From: the human T2T-CHM13v2.0 reference genome, Homo sapiens | Length of the DNA stretch: 64,000 bases | Assembly (NCBI RefSeq): GCF_009914755.1 | Contig: NC_060930.1 | Strand: one strand, 5' to 3' | Part shown: positions 1-15,691 of the stretch, in pieces | How positions within the stretch are numbered: position 1 is the first letter of the stretch | How the letters are laid out: the number at the start of each line of letters is the position of its first letter | The notes under the pieces: generated by a model | Seen by the model: the letters and a program-made list of their open reading frames with translations, nothing else | Database searches by the model: none | What the model was told of the DNA's origin: nothing | Made by a program: the position numbers and the translations under genes

Positions 1-2240
<2,240 letters not shown>

Positions 2241-2280
2241 AACATGAGGTTTGGAGGGAACAAACAGCCAAACTATAGCC
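2241..2280 (-). mobile_element. MST-family LTR, remaining end
   Basis: aacatgaggtttggaggg...ccaaactatagc is the reverse complement of the MST LTR start. Confidence 0.75.
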
Positions 2281-3169
2281 CTCACTCATAAATTTAGCAA
2301 ATTGTGTGTGTCATTTCTTCAGGGAAGAGTAGTAAGGAAAGAAAGCCAACAAGACTCAAGATTTGTTTCTAAAAAGCTAAACCCATTTTAAAAAATAGTC
2401 TTTAAGCTATGATTTCAAAAAGATTTGGGAGTAAAAATCTTCTTGCAGACATAATAGGAATTCAACATTCTAAACATACACGTGTTCCCTGGATTAGACA
2501 GTAGAGAGGGGTCAGTAGTTCCCAAGCAAAGGGACCAAGGTGAGAGGTGACAGCGTGCTGGCAGCCCTCACAGCCCTCGCTTGCTCTCAGCGCCTCCTCA
2601 GCCTTGGCGCCCGCTCTTGCCAGGCTTGAGGAGCCCTTCAGTCCATCGCTGCACTGTGGGAGCCCCTTTCTGGGCTGGCCAAGGCCGGAGCCAGCTCCCT
2701 CAGCTTGCAGGGAGGTGTGGAGGGAGAGGCGCGGGCGGGAACCGGGGCTGCTAGCAGTGCTTGTGGGCCAGTGCGAGTTCCGGGTGCATGTGGGCTCGGC
2801 GGGCCCTGCACTGGGAGCGGCCAGCTAGCCCCGCAGGCCCAGGCAGTGAGGGGCTTAGCATCTGGGCCAGCAGCTGCTCTGCTCAATTTCTCGCCAGGCC
2901 TTAGTTGCCTTCCTGCAGGGCAGGGCTTGGGACCTGCAGCCCGCCATGCCTGAGCCTCCCCCGCCTCCGTGGGCTCCTGTGCAGCTGAGCCTCCCCGATG
3001 AGCACCACCCCCTGCTCCACGGAGCCCAGTGCTGAGCCATCGACCACCCAAGGGCTAAGAAGTGCGGGCGCATGGCGCGGGACTGGCAGGCAGCTCCACC
3101 TGCAGCCCCAATGCGGGATCCACTGGGTGAAGCCAGCTGGTCTCCTGAGTCTGCTGGGGAGGTGGAGAA

Positions 3170-3520
3170 CCTTTATGTCTAGCTAAGGGATTGTAAATAC
3201 ACCAATCGGCACTCTGTATCTAGCTCAAGGTTTGTAAACACACCAATCAGCACCCTGTGTCTAGCTCAGGGTTTGTGAATGCACCAATGGACACTCTTAT
3301 CTAGCTACTCTGGTGGGGACTTGGAGAACCTTTGTGTCAACACTCTGTATCTAGCTACTCTGGTGGGGATGTGGAGAACCTTTGTGTCTAGCTCAGGGAT
3401 TGTAAACGCACTGATCAGCGCCCTGTCAAAACAGACCACTCAGCTCTACCAATCAGCAGGATGTGGGTGGGGCCAGATAAGAGAATAAAAGCAAGCTGCC
3501 TGAGCCAGCAGTGGCAACCC
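3170..3520 (+). promoter_or_regulatory. LTR12C U3 enhancer/promoter (CCAAT boxes, GATA, AATAAA TATA-like box)
   Basis: CCAAT at 3202, 3243, 3284 and 3449; AGATAA at 3475-3480; AATAAA at 3484-3489. This matches the known ERV9 LTR promoter layout. Activity cannot be shown from sequence. Confidence 0.65.
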
Positions 3521-3610
3521 GCTCGGGTCCCCTTCCACACTGTGGAAGCTTTGTTCTTTTGCTCTTTGCAATAAATATTGCTGCTGCTCACTTTTTGGGT
3601 CCACACTGCC

Positions 3611-3747
3611 TTTATGTAGCCAAAAAACGCACGAAAAAATGCTCATCATCACTGGCCATCAGAGAAACGCAAATCAAAACCACAGTGAGATACCATCTCA
3701 CACCAGTTAGAATGGCGATCATTAAAAAGTCAGGAAACATGTGCTGG
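3611..3747 (+). other. 137-bp L1 ORF2 fragment inserted in LTR12C, matching 1422-1558
   Basis: 134/137 identical to 1422-1558 and shares that copy's private variants. No TSD and no poly(A). Confidence 0.92.
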
Positions 3748-4494
3748 TCTGCAGCTCACTGCGAAGGTCTGCAGCTTCACTCCTGAAGCCAGCCAGACCA
3801 CGAACCCACCGGAAGGAAGGAGCAACTCCAGACGCGCGGCCTTAAGAGCTGTAACACTCACCGCGGAAGGTCTGCAGCTTCACTCCTGAGCCAGCGAGAC
3901 CACAAACCCACCAGAAGGAAGAAACTCCGAACACATCCGAACATCAGAAGGAACAAACTCCAGACGCGCCACCTTAAGAGCTGTAACACTCACCGTGAGG
4001 GTCCGTGGCTTCATTCTTGAAGTCAGTGAGACCAAGAACCCACCAATTCTGGACACAAAGGGTCCTTGTCCAGGGCAGAAGCCACAAGGAGGAGAAATAG
4101 CTCTGGGTTGCGTCTAAGATGACTGCAGGTACTGGGTCCCTAGCTTGCCAAAGATTACTGGATCATAAGCTTGGCACGAAACTAGAGGGCTGCTGTGTTC
4201 CAGGCATCAGTGTTGGTTTATACATAGAGGATGTCAGACATACCAACGAGATCTTGAAGACTTAGTGGTCTATTCTGCCTTCCCCATTTTCCAGACAATA
4301 TGGAAGCCTTTGCAGTTCTGGCCTGAGTGGGTCCAATAATAACTGGGTTGAGATTCACTACCTGCCAGGCAGTGAGGCTTAGAGTGAGAAATTAATATGA
4401 TTTATAGAAAATAGAGTTAAATTCTTGCATGAATTTAGAGAATAAGATGCAGAACTTCTCCACTCACAACAACTCTATGTAATAGATAACATAA

Positions 4495-4620
4495 TTTCTA
4501 TTTTATAGATTGGGAAACCTAAATGAAAAACTTAACCTTGCATAGGTTATGCCATTAGTAAATGATGGATCTGGGGTTGGAATACAGGGAAAGGAGTAGC
4601 AGAGGCCAGCTGTCTGCTAA
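4495..4620 (-). mobile_element. MIR fragment
   Basis: Degenerate MIR core (ttttatagattgggaaac...attagtaaatgatggatctgggg). Boundaries approximate. Confidence 0.45.
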
Positions 4621-5379
4621 TTAAAAAAAAAAAAAAAAAGGAAAGGAAAAGCAAGCATTTCTTCAAGAAAGGGCAGAAAGTAGAGATAAAGAAATCTAGT
4701 GTCCTAAGGGAAAAGAAATAAACTCTAAAGATTAGGAGAAGAAATCCCAATTAGTGATCAGAAGCTGCTAATGGCATGTGTTAGCCCTTCTAAAAGCAAC
4801 AACCAAGTAGCAGTAGCTCTGTTATGACACAATGACAGTACCATACTGAGAAATTCAGTTAGAATCTGGCTCAATCAGCAAACTATGGTCAACAGACAGA
4901 ATCCTGGGTATATGCTTACAGAAAACTGCCTGCAGACCAATAGACTCACTTAGTAAACATAGATTATATTTTTAATGGTACTGCAATTCAAAGCACATTG
5001 ATAAGAACAATAATGAAAAAAACTGATTTTCTAGAGGGTGGACTTTTAAATGGAGGTTACTTCAGCTTTGACTGACAGATTTGGTAGCAAGACATTTCTT
5101 TAATAGATTAATCACATTTCATTCACCTCAAATAAGGAAAGGAGAAATTACAATCCTTTATTGCCACAAAAAAGAAAAGAGAAAAGGAAAAAAAAGAAAG
5201 AAGGAAAAAGGAAGGAAGGAATGGTAAAAAACATTTCTCTATCATTAAGTTCCAGAATTTCTTCAGAGGTTCTTGACCTTTTAACCCTTTGTTCCCAGAG
5301 ATTACTGATAATGATGGTGATCAGAAAAAGAGTAAACTATACTTAATGAACACTGGTAATATGGTGACAGTTCTTAAAC

Positions 5380-5880
5380 ATTACTGTGCCTAAGTTGGTA
5401 AAATTAAACTTTTGTAAAGAAAATTGACAATATGTATCAAGAGTTTTAAAAGACGCTCACATTTTTCTGACTCAATTTTATTTCTTAAAAATCTACCATA
5501 GATTTGTACAAAAGGTACATTCATGAACATAACCACATCACCATTTATAAATTGAAAGTTGGCATTTAAATACTATATATTAAAACCAGAGGGGAATTTT
5601 TAAGAAATTCATGGCAATATTTTGTTATTAATTAAAATTACAGATACAAAGCCCAAGTAAAACATGAAAAATTGCTCTTCTTAGGAGATTCAGTGAAGAA
5701 TTAATATAAAATTTCAGTTTACTCTTTGATTGTAGCTATGTTTTTATATATATGCATATGAGAAAAAGCTAGAAGAACACAAACTGGTACTGCAAAATGC
5801 TAACTGATTTTTTTTTTCAGTGAGGATATTATACATAATTTTCTTCTTTATTTTTTTCTGTTTTCAACTCAATTATATGT
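5380..5880 (+). mobile_element. Ancient L1M (L1ME-like) 3' fragment
   Basis: Degenerate similarity to the L1 ORF2 end and 3'UTR (gttggtaaaatt...aaattgacaatatgtatcaagag). Boundaries approximate. Confidence 0.4.
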
Positions 5881-6883
5881 TTTAAGCTGTTCTATCTCCT
5901 ATAAGATATTTTAATTTTGAATGGGGAATAATGCTTAAATCAAACTAAAATTTTAATTTAAAGCTAAACTTAATACTAAAGTAAGTTCAGGTAAATATAT
6001 TTTAAGATGATTTTTGCTTTCAAATATGTTATATTTGCAGAATGTAAGCATTAAATCTCAAACTATTTAAGAAAGGTAGATTATCTATGACTTTCACTTG
6101 TTCAACATAATCAAATTTGTAATGAAAGGCAAAAAAAATCTTTACTAAAAGTAATTGCTATGAACTTTAATTGCTGTAAACACAGGAATGCATCTTGCAT
6201 GTGTGTGCAACTCTAGGACTAACCACATTCGTGTGTATTTTTTTAGTATTTCCAGTATTTGCCTCATTAACAAATAATCTAAAGGAATATTGAAGCCAGA
6301 TTAAAACATGTAAATATTATCTGAGTTCTTGATACATAAAACCCTAAAATGAATTTTCAGCAAGATTTCTTTTAAATAATGAAATTATTGAGTACATAGG
6401 ATACTTAAGTTTTAAAGACCATAAAATTGATCATTTCTATAAGTATAATATTGCCACACCTCAGAGATATCACAGGTTCAGTTCCAAACCACTGCAATAA
6501 AGTTAATATCACAATAAAGCAAGTCACAAGAATTTTTTGGCTTCTCAATCCATATAAAACTTAGGTTTACACCATACTGTAGTCTAGTAAGTGGGCAATA
6601 GCATTATGTCTAACAAAACCAATGTACATACCTTGATTTAAAAATACTTTATTACTAAAAAATGCTAATGATCGTCTAAGCCTTCAGTGAATCGTAATCT
6701 TTTGCTGATGGAGAATCTTGCCTCAGTGTTGATTGCTGCTGACTAATCAGAATGGAAGTTGCTGAAGGTTGGGGTGGCTATGGCAATTTCTTAAAATAAG
6801 ACAACAATGAAGTTTTCTCCATTGATTGATGCTTCCTTTCATGAAAGATTTATCTGTAGCATACGATATTGTTTGAGAGCATT

Positions 6884-7587
6884 TCACCTACAATAAAGCT
6901 TTTCAAAATTGGAGGCAATCCTCTCAAATTCTGCTGCTGCTTTATCAATTAAGCTTATGCAATATTCTAAATTCTTTGTCATCATTCCTACAATGTTCAC
7001 AGCATTTTCACCAGGAGGAGATTCCATATCAATAAACAACTCCTCATCCATTTGAATTTTGTCATGAAATTGCAGCATTTCAGTTACATCTTCGTGCTCT
7101 ATTTCTAATGCTAGTTCTCTTGCTATTTCCACTCCATCTGCAGTTACTTTCTCCACTAAAGTCTTGAACCTTTCAAAGTCATCCATGAGGTTTGGAATCA
7201 ACTTCTTCCAAACTCCTATTAATGTTGATAATTTGAACTCCTATCAAGAACCATGGATGTTCTTAATAGCATCTAGAATGATGAATTCTTTCCAGAAGGT
7301 TTTTGTTGCATTTTGCCCAGATTCATCACAGTAATCACTATGTATGGGAGCTACAGACTTACAAAATTATTTCTTAAATAATAAGACTTGGAAATTAAAA
7401 TTACTCCTTGATCCATGGGCTGAAGTCTGAACGCTGTGTTACCAGTGATGAAAACAACATTAATCTCCTTGTACATCTCCATCAGAGCTATTGGGTGACC
7501 CAGAACATTGTCAATGAGCAGTAATATTTTGAAAGAAACCTTTTTTTCATGAGCAGCAGGTCTCAAAAGTGGACTTAAAATACTCAT
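6884..7587 (-). pseudogene. Tigger1 transposase remnants (DDE_1 domain region, pogo/CENP-B-like)
   Basis: ORFs 7351..7587 ([13 protein letters not shown]...LQPMDQGVI) and 6884..7201 are separated by stops and frameshifts. Confidence 0.85.
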
Positions 7588-8161
7588 TAAACTATGTTCT
7601 AAACTGATATGCTGTCATCCAGGCTTTGTTTTTCTATTTATAGAGCACAGGCAGAGTAGATTTAGTATAATTCTTAAGGGCCCTAGGATTTTTGGAATGG
7701 TTTTTGGAATGGAATGAGCTTTGGCTTCAAATGAAGTCACCAGCTGCATTAACCCCTAACAAGAAAGTCAGCCTGTCCTTTAAAGCTTTCAGGCCAAGCA
7801 CTGAGTTCTCCTCTGTAGCTATAGAAGTCCTACATGATATCTTCTTCCGTAGAATGTTGTTTTGTTTACATTAAAAATCTCTTGTTTGGTGTAGCCACCT
7901 TAATTAACTACCATAGCTAGATCTTCTATATAACTTACTGCAGCTTCTCCATCAGTACTTGCTGCTTCACTTTGTACTTTCATATTTTGGGGATGGTGTC
8001 TTTCCTTAAACCTCATGAACCAATCTTTGCTAGCGTCCAGTGTTTCTTCTGCAGCTTCTTCAACTCTCCCAGGCTTCATAGGATTGAAGAGTTAGGGTCT
8101 TGCTGTGCATTAGGCTTTGGCTTAAGACAGTATTGTAGCTGGTGTGATCTTCTATCCATAC

Positions 8162-8645
8162 TGATGCAGGACAGGTAAGCCCCAAACTGTCACTTAGCCT
8201 GGGAGGGTTCTTAGCATCACCCAGGAAAGAATGCAAGGGTGAGCCCTGGTGGTGTTAGCAACTTTTATTGACGCTGCAGTGTACAACAGTAGCAGAGGTA
8301 CCGCTCCTTGCAGAGAAGGGCTACCCCATAGGCAGTGTGCCTAGAGTAGAAACTCAAAGGTTGTTCTGCAGTCATATTTATACCCACTTTTAATTATATG
8401 CAAATTAAGGGGAAGGTTATGCAGAAATTTCTAGAGAAATGGTGGTGACTTTTGGGTCATTGTATTGTTGCCATGGAAAGTGGTGGTAACTTCCAGGTGT
8501 ATCCCCAGCAATGGTAAACTGACAAGGCATACTGGGGCATGTGTCTTATGGAAAGCTTCTTCTACCTTGTCCTGTTTTAGCTAGTCCTCAGTTTGGTCCA
8601 GTGTCCAAGCCCCACCTCCAGAGTTGAGACCTGCTTCCTACCTCA
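8162..8645 (-). mobile_element. ERV1 solo LTR (MER66B-like) nested in Tigger1
   Basis: TG...CA ends. Minus strand begins tgaggtaggaagcaggtctc...gaggactagctaaaacagg. 4-bp TSD atac/agac (8158-8161 and 8646-8649, 1 mismatch). Confidence 0.8.
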
Positions 8646-10861
8646 AGACCACTAAAACTTCATCCATATCAGCAATAAGGCTGTTTTGCTTTCTTATCAT
8701 TCATGTGTTCTCTGGAATAGCACTTTTAATTTTCTTCAAGAAGTTTTCATTTGTATTCATAGCCTGGTTGTTTGGTCAAGAGGGTTAGCTTTTGCCTGTC
8801 TCAGCTTTTGACTTGCTCCCCTCCCTAAGTTTAACCATTTATAGGTTTTGATTTAAGGAAGTATATGCAACTCTTCCTTGCACTTGAACTTTAGAGGCCA
8901 TTGTAGAATTATTAATTGGCTTAATTTCAATATTCTTGTGTGTCATGGAATAGAGAGGCACGAAGAGAGGGCAAGAGATGGGGAAGTGGCCAGTTAGTGG
9001 AGTAGTTAGAACACACAACATTTATTGATTAATTTCACTGTTTTCTTATGAGTGTGCTTTGTGGTACCCCAAAACAACTACAATAGTAACATCAAAGATC
9101 ATTGATCAAAGTTAACCATAGCACATATAATAACGTCTGACATATTGCAAGAATTATGAAAATGTGACATAGAGACAGAGTAAGCATGTGCTGTTAGAAA
9201 AATTTTGCCAATAGTCTTGCTCCACCCAGGGTTACCACAAACCTTCAATTTGTTAAAAATGCAATATCTGCAAAGTGCAATAAAGTAAAGCACAATCAAA
9301 TAAGGTATGCCTGTATAGAGCTGGTCCTGCACTCTCATTCCTATTAAGATTTTAATAACTGATGATGCTTAATGAATTCACTTCCTGAAGACTTTTTGCA
9401 TTTTGGCAGTGAAGGAACTCAAACCACAAAATGAATCTTTAATAGTACAATCTCAGCAATCAGATATTCCAGTGATGGGAGAGTTTGATGGGTACATGGA
9501 GGTTTTTCAGAGTCTTGAAACCACTTGTTGAAAATAACGTTTTATTTAACTTCTACATAATGCTGGTTATAGCTATTTGCACTTAGACAGCTATAGTTCA
9601 CAGATTCACTACACTTTAGGACTAACGTGTCCAACATTTGAGTTTGGAGCTTAGGGAAAACTTCTCCTATCTGATGTTACCAAGACTATAAACCCATCTG
9701 CATAGCATTCAAAAGACTATTTGTTTTGTAGGTTAGTAGCTCGTAGACATGACTTCATAATCATCTTTCTGCATGTTCACCTTCCTTACCAATTTGGGTA
9801 ATATTATTAATAAAATAACCAATTATTCACTTGAAGGTTTTCAGGAAGATGCATCTGATAGAGACTACAAAGTAAATGAAAGAGTTGAGACAGTTTTTTT
9901 GACTGGAGAATTGAGAATTCATGCCATTATGTGAACAATAGCTCCATCCTACTCCATCACCCTAGAGTGGTTCTGTAATTAGGCAAAGACTACTGGTAAT
10001 TTACAATTCTCCCCTACTGAATCTTATAACCTGCCTCCCAACCAGGCAAATGCTCTTGAGTGTTATTTCCACATGTAATCCCCTGGTTGGTATGTATTTA
10101 GCTAAACCCAGCCATTCATTCTTTGAGTCCATTATGAAGGAGAAATGGTTTTTACCCCACTTGAATTATACTGAATCATCACCCATTAAGAATAACTATA
10201 TTTATAAAAATTTCTTAATGAATACACAATATAAAATGGATTATACTCTAACTACAAGAAAGCAACATGTGAAGGGGCATTAAAAGTATAGTATTATATG
10301 CAATTGAAGTCAAGTTGTTGTCAACTTAAAGTAGATGATTATAACTACTAGATATTTTATGCAAGCCTATGGAAACTACAAAGAAAAAGCCTATAATAGA
10401 TACTGAAAATACAAAAAGCAAAAAATGAAATAAAATCATTACAAAAAATTATCAAATAACGAAGGAAGGCAGCAAGAAAGTTAGTGGAAAACGAAACAAT
10501 AGCAAAACAGAAAATTATTTTTGACTTATAGTAGTAAGTCCTCACCTTTCAATAATTCTTTAAATGTAAATAGATTCAACTCCTTAGGCAAAAGACTTAG
10601 AGTGGTTGAATGGATTTTTAAAAATTAGACCTGACAATTTGCTGTCCACAAGTCTCACTTTAGATTTCACACACATAGCCTGAAAATGAAGGGATGGACA
10701 AAGATGTTTGACACAAATGGTAGCCAAAAGAAAGCAAAGTGGCTATAGTCATACTAGACAAAATAGACTTTAATCTGTCTCTAGGAATGAAGATCATTAT
10801 ATAATGATAAAAGTATTGATTCAACAGGAAGATGTTACCAAGTAAAGATATATATGCATCC

Positions 10862-11160
<299 letters not shown>

Positions 11161-11277
11161 AAAGATAAATATGCATCCAAACCCAGATCATCTAAATATA
11201 TAAAACAAATATTGACTTATCTGAATGGAGAAAATAAAAGTAATACCAAATAGTAGGAGACTCTAATACCCCACTTT

Positions 11278-11824
<547 letters not shown>

Positions 11825-12899
11825 AATAACCTACTTTCAATAATGGATAGAACATTAAGACAGAAAATTAATAAACAACTGCCTTGGAAACAAATATAAA
11901 CCAAATGGAACTGCAGATATACACATAACATTCCATTTAACAGCAGAACACACATTCTTCTCAGGTGCGCACAGCACATTCTCTGGGATTGATCACGTGA
12001 CAGGCCACAAACAAGTCTTAACAAATTTAAGACAAAAACAATTTCAAGTGTATTTTCAGATCACAATGAAATGAAACTTGTAATGAATAAGAGTGAGAAA
12101 ATGGGAAAATTTACAAGTAGGTGGAAACTAAATAGTTAAACTAAATAATTCTTGAAGAATTATTGGGCAAAAAACAAAACTTAAAGAGGAATTTTTTAAA
12201 TACTGAGACAAATGGAAATGAAAATACAACATAAAATCTTATGGGATACAGTAAAAACAGCACTATGTAATTCTTACTTTTTGTATTTTTTATATTATTT
12301 ACCATTTTTGGAGCTATGATTCTTCTGGTTGTAACATCTTATGACTCTCCCTCATGGTAGAGTATTGTCATTTGTTTGTTAGTTTTATTGTTATTTGTAG
12401 CAGTCTGGGTACATCCATGGGGCCCTAGGAATGTTACTGGTTCCAAACAAGTTTCTGATTTAAATTATCTTCATGGGCTTCCTGTATCACAGGAGTAGTA
12501 TGAATACCAATCTTGAATATACTCAAGAGTCACAATTGGGTTTCTGATATTTTATGTATATATTATTTCTACTTAGGGCTCTAGTAGAAGTTTCCTGTAG
12601 ATCCTGAACTATGAGTGGAGTTTTTCTAGTCCCTGTTTTTCAGAGAAGAAATCCTTTGAGGCCCTGTCTTTATAATGAGGCTCCTTTACAGCTTTAAGAA
12701 ACTGCCCCCAGCCTGCACCCAATGTCTAAGTCGTACAACCTCACGGGCGACCACTGACTCAGCACTACTTATCACTCAGGCTTTGAGTTCTGATTCCTGA
12801 GTATTTCCAGTTTTGTTCTATAAGATTGTCCTTGGTTATATTTTATTCAGTATGTGTAGGTAATTGATAAAATATGTCAACTTAGTCTTCTATATTCCA

Positions 12900-13040
12900 T
12901 TCTTTTTATTTTATAAATAAGGAAACTGAAACTAAGAGAAAATATGTGACTTGCTTAAGCTTCCAGACTGTGTCACCTGATGTGGGCTTCCTCACTCCCA
13001 GCCTAGAGTTTGTACTTTCTTTCTCCATTGTATTACACAG
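12900..13040 (-). mobile_element. MIR fragment
   Basis: ttttataaataaggaaactgaaactaagagaaaatatgtgacttgc is a MIR core. Confidence 0.6.
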
Positions 13041-13394
13041 CTTCTCAACATTTTCACTGGTGGCATTCTTCTTTCAAGCTCTTTTTCTACTTAAGCTTCC
13101 CAACATGGCATTTCTGATATAAGCAGACTACAAAACACAAATCAGAGGAGTCCAGCAAAGGGACGTATAGATGTAATCTAATTTATAGAACTATAATGAA
13201 ACATCTTGTTAAGTAAAAGATTCAGTGAAATAATATTCTGCAGTTAAGAGAAGAAATTGAGTGAAAGGACATCAAATGCTCCATACTGGATCTAAAGAAA
13301 TCCTTTTTAGCATTTTAGGCCCAATGAAAAAGAATTTTTAAGAATCTCAATAAACGAGTCTTACAATATATAGAAAGATGGAGAGCTTTATCTC

Positions 13395-13452
13395 GATAGA
13401 TATATATAGATAGATGATTGATAGATAGATAGATAAATAGATAGATAGATAT
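13395..13452. repeat. Imperfect (GATA)n microsatellite
   Basis: gatagatatatatagatagatgattgatagatagatagataaatagatagatagatat. Confidence 0.9.
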
Positions 13453-13944
13453 CTGTCAAGTGAAGAGGTTAGTGTTTCAGAAATAAACTGATGAATTTCA
13501 TGCATTTCAGAGGCAATGGGTCATGGTCAAGATGCATGTTTAATTAAAAAATTATTATATTTACTTTGTATGAAAATAATTGAGCTTTATAAAGCAAAAG
13601 ACTTAATAGACTTAATAAAGAATATTACAGTGCACTCCTCTCCCAACTACTAGGATGATATAACACTATTACAATGTACAGACCTGCATCAAGCACCCAG
13701 AAGATGACATAACTCACAATATTTTCCTCAAGACAATACAGCTTGAAAAATTTTTTCCAGCTATTTCTAGAAAAATGTACATAATATTGCTATATAATTT
13801 TCTGATGAAAAGTTCACAATTAGGCATTTTATGTGCTGATGAGAACACTAGATTTTTGAGAATGAAAATTTAGCAATTATGCTAGTTCCAGTCCTAAGAC
13901 CTTTGTCATTAGGTTCATTTTTTTGTTCTTCTCCTGCTCTCCTC

Positions 13945-14417
13945 TGTATTGTGGGATTTGGAAGGGGAGAGAAGATGGAGTAGAGGAAGAGGAGTGCTGG
14001 CTCTTTCAGGGCGTATTTCTAGCTCCCATATAAGCTGGTTTCTAAAGGGGTTTGACAAATAGGGAGCGGAATCAGAGATTGGAAGGCAAGGAAGGGAGAA
14101 TCCAGACTATTTCTCCTTTTGTGCCTCTGGTGGTGACTCCATAGTGGCTCTCAACCCCAGCTCCTGCTCCTTGTTATGATTCCATCTTTCACCAGGTGTC
14201 CCTGGTCCTGAGCAACATTAATTGCCCTTCCTTCCTTTATGTCTTTGGCCTATACATGGTAATGCCTTCTTGCTATTGTCCAACTTTGATTACCTTGCCA
14301 TCACCTGTTTAATTTCTCAGATATCCCATCACCCATGGAATCTATCTCTACATTAAAGCCCCTGTGTTGTAAATACTCAAAATTCTTTGTTTCCCTGATT
14401 ACTCTATGATTGATACA
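13945..14417 (+). mobile_element. Ancient ERVL LTR (LTR33/LTR16-like)
   Basis: The 3' end (attaaagcccctgtgttgtaaatactc...tttccctgatt...gattgataca) is typical of this group. Confidence 0.5.
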
Positions 14418-15691
14418 AAGATTAAGTTACAGCATTCAAATTCCAGGATGTTTTACTATTTTTCATTGAGGCCTTTCTTGAATATTTATCTGAAATCCTA
14501 TTGCATTTATAAGCTAGAAAACAATATTTAGCTTGGCTCCTATTATTTTAGCTCTTAAAATATGCCATTTTGGGTTATTTGTTAATTTGTAGAATCCTAC
14601 AGTCCCTCATTTGAATTATAATTGAGAGTCAAAGAAATTAGGTTGCATACCTAGTCAAATAACACCAAAATTTTTGAAGTTAAGTAAAATAATATATATT
14701 TAACTACAGAGTCTACAACTAATGTTGTATATGTAGCACAACACATTTTTAGTGCTAAATAGTGATTATATTAGTGTGGAATATTATTTAATTAATTTTA
14801 GTATCAATTAATTTAAGTCAATCTGAAAATAAAACACTATATACATTCTTACCCCTTCTTATCTGCCATGTACCACTTTATAAATAACAGAGTACCATAG
14901 AGCTAGCTCTATCATATATTTATGATGCAGGGTTAGAACATATAACTGAATTCCACAATAATCCATCATTTCTCATTTTAAATTTTCTCTTCTTACATTT
15001 TTTGTAAACCAGGGTTGCTAACATAGTAAAATAAATGGTTTTTAATTTTTTCTTTTTTTCATGTCTCCTACAAAATCTTTTATGGATATACTAATAAAAA
15101 TATAAACTCCCAAAGCCTAATCTTGAGAGCAGTAGAAAGAACAGAAAGAATATAACCCATTGGCTTTTAAATTATTAGGCATGGCCTCTGCACACATGCA
15201 CACTGAGCTGCTCTGTGTTGATCTCTTGAAAGAAGTTTTCAGAAGAGTTTCTGAGGACTGGAGAATTAGTGTTCATACTTAAGATGTAAACACTGTGTTT
15301 TTCAAGAACTCTAGGACAAGCTAAAAATCTCACCATATTTATATACCCAGGAGAAACAATACTTACACAAGAAAAATGAACACCCAGTGATATCTTGGCC
15401 ATTCAAAACATTTCATCCTTTAAAAATGGAAATACTTGATAAAAGAAACAACTACAATGTACTGGTCATTAGGAAAAGTATGGTTAGTTTTGGACGTCTC
15501 CCTAAATAACAGTATAATGAGGACACCCAACCTTTGACTCACTGAAGCAGAGAATATTCCCTATGGGAAAGCACATTTTTAAAGTCATGAGATAACAAAA
15601 TGGAGAAAGCAATTAGTTCTTTGCTCTTCTGCCATCTAGATATAGCTGGCTGAGAAGCCAATGAGGTAGAGCCAGTCTGTAAACCACAAAA

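Larger units (their letters stand above)
2541..4057 (+). mobile_element. Solo LTR12C (ERV9/HERV9 LTR)
   Basis: Starts tgagaggtgacagcgtgctggcagccc and ends caccaattctggacaca (TG...CA). 4-bp TSD aagg at 2537-2540 and 4058-4061. GC/CpG-rich 5' part with characteristic tandem subrepeats. Confidence 0.95.
6451..9313 (-). mobile_element. Near full-length Tigger1 DNA transposon (TcMar-Tigger), dead
   Basis: Right end reads caggcatacc... on the minus strand; degenerate TIR at 6451; TA TSD at 6449-6450 and 9314-9315. About 2.38 kb without the nested LTR. Confidence 0.93.

Noticed and set aside
2547-3186. GC-rich overlapping ORFs that look like a CpG-island first exon
   Set aside because: They lie entirely inside LTR12C, and the ORFs reflect high GC content.
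3611-3747. Independent L1 retrotransposition into the LTR, or an assembly duplication
   Set aside because: There is no 3' end, poly(A) or TSD. Three substitutions and complex junctions argue against a simple assembly copy.
3170-4000. Regularly spaced repeats resembling a CRISPR-like array
   Set aside because: These are the standard LTR12 tandem subrepeats. There are no unique spacers or cas genes, and the DNA is primate.
6884-8178. Domesticated TIGD/CENP-B-like gene
   Set aside because: The transposase is broken by many stops, frameshifts and an LTR insertion.
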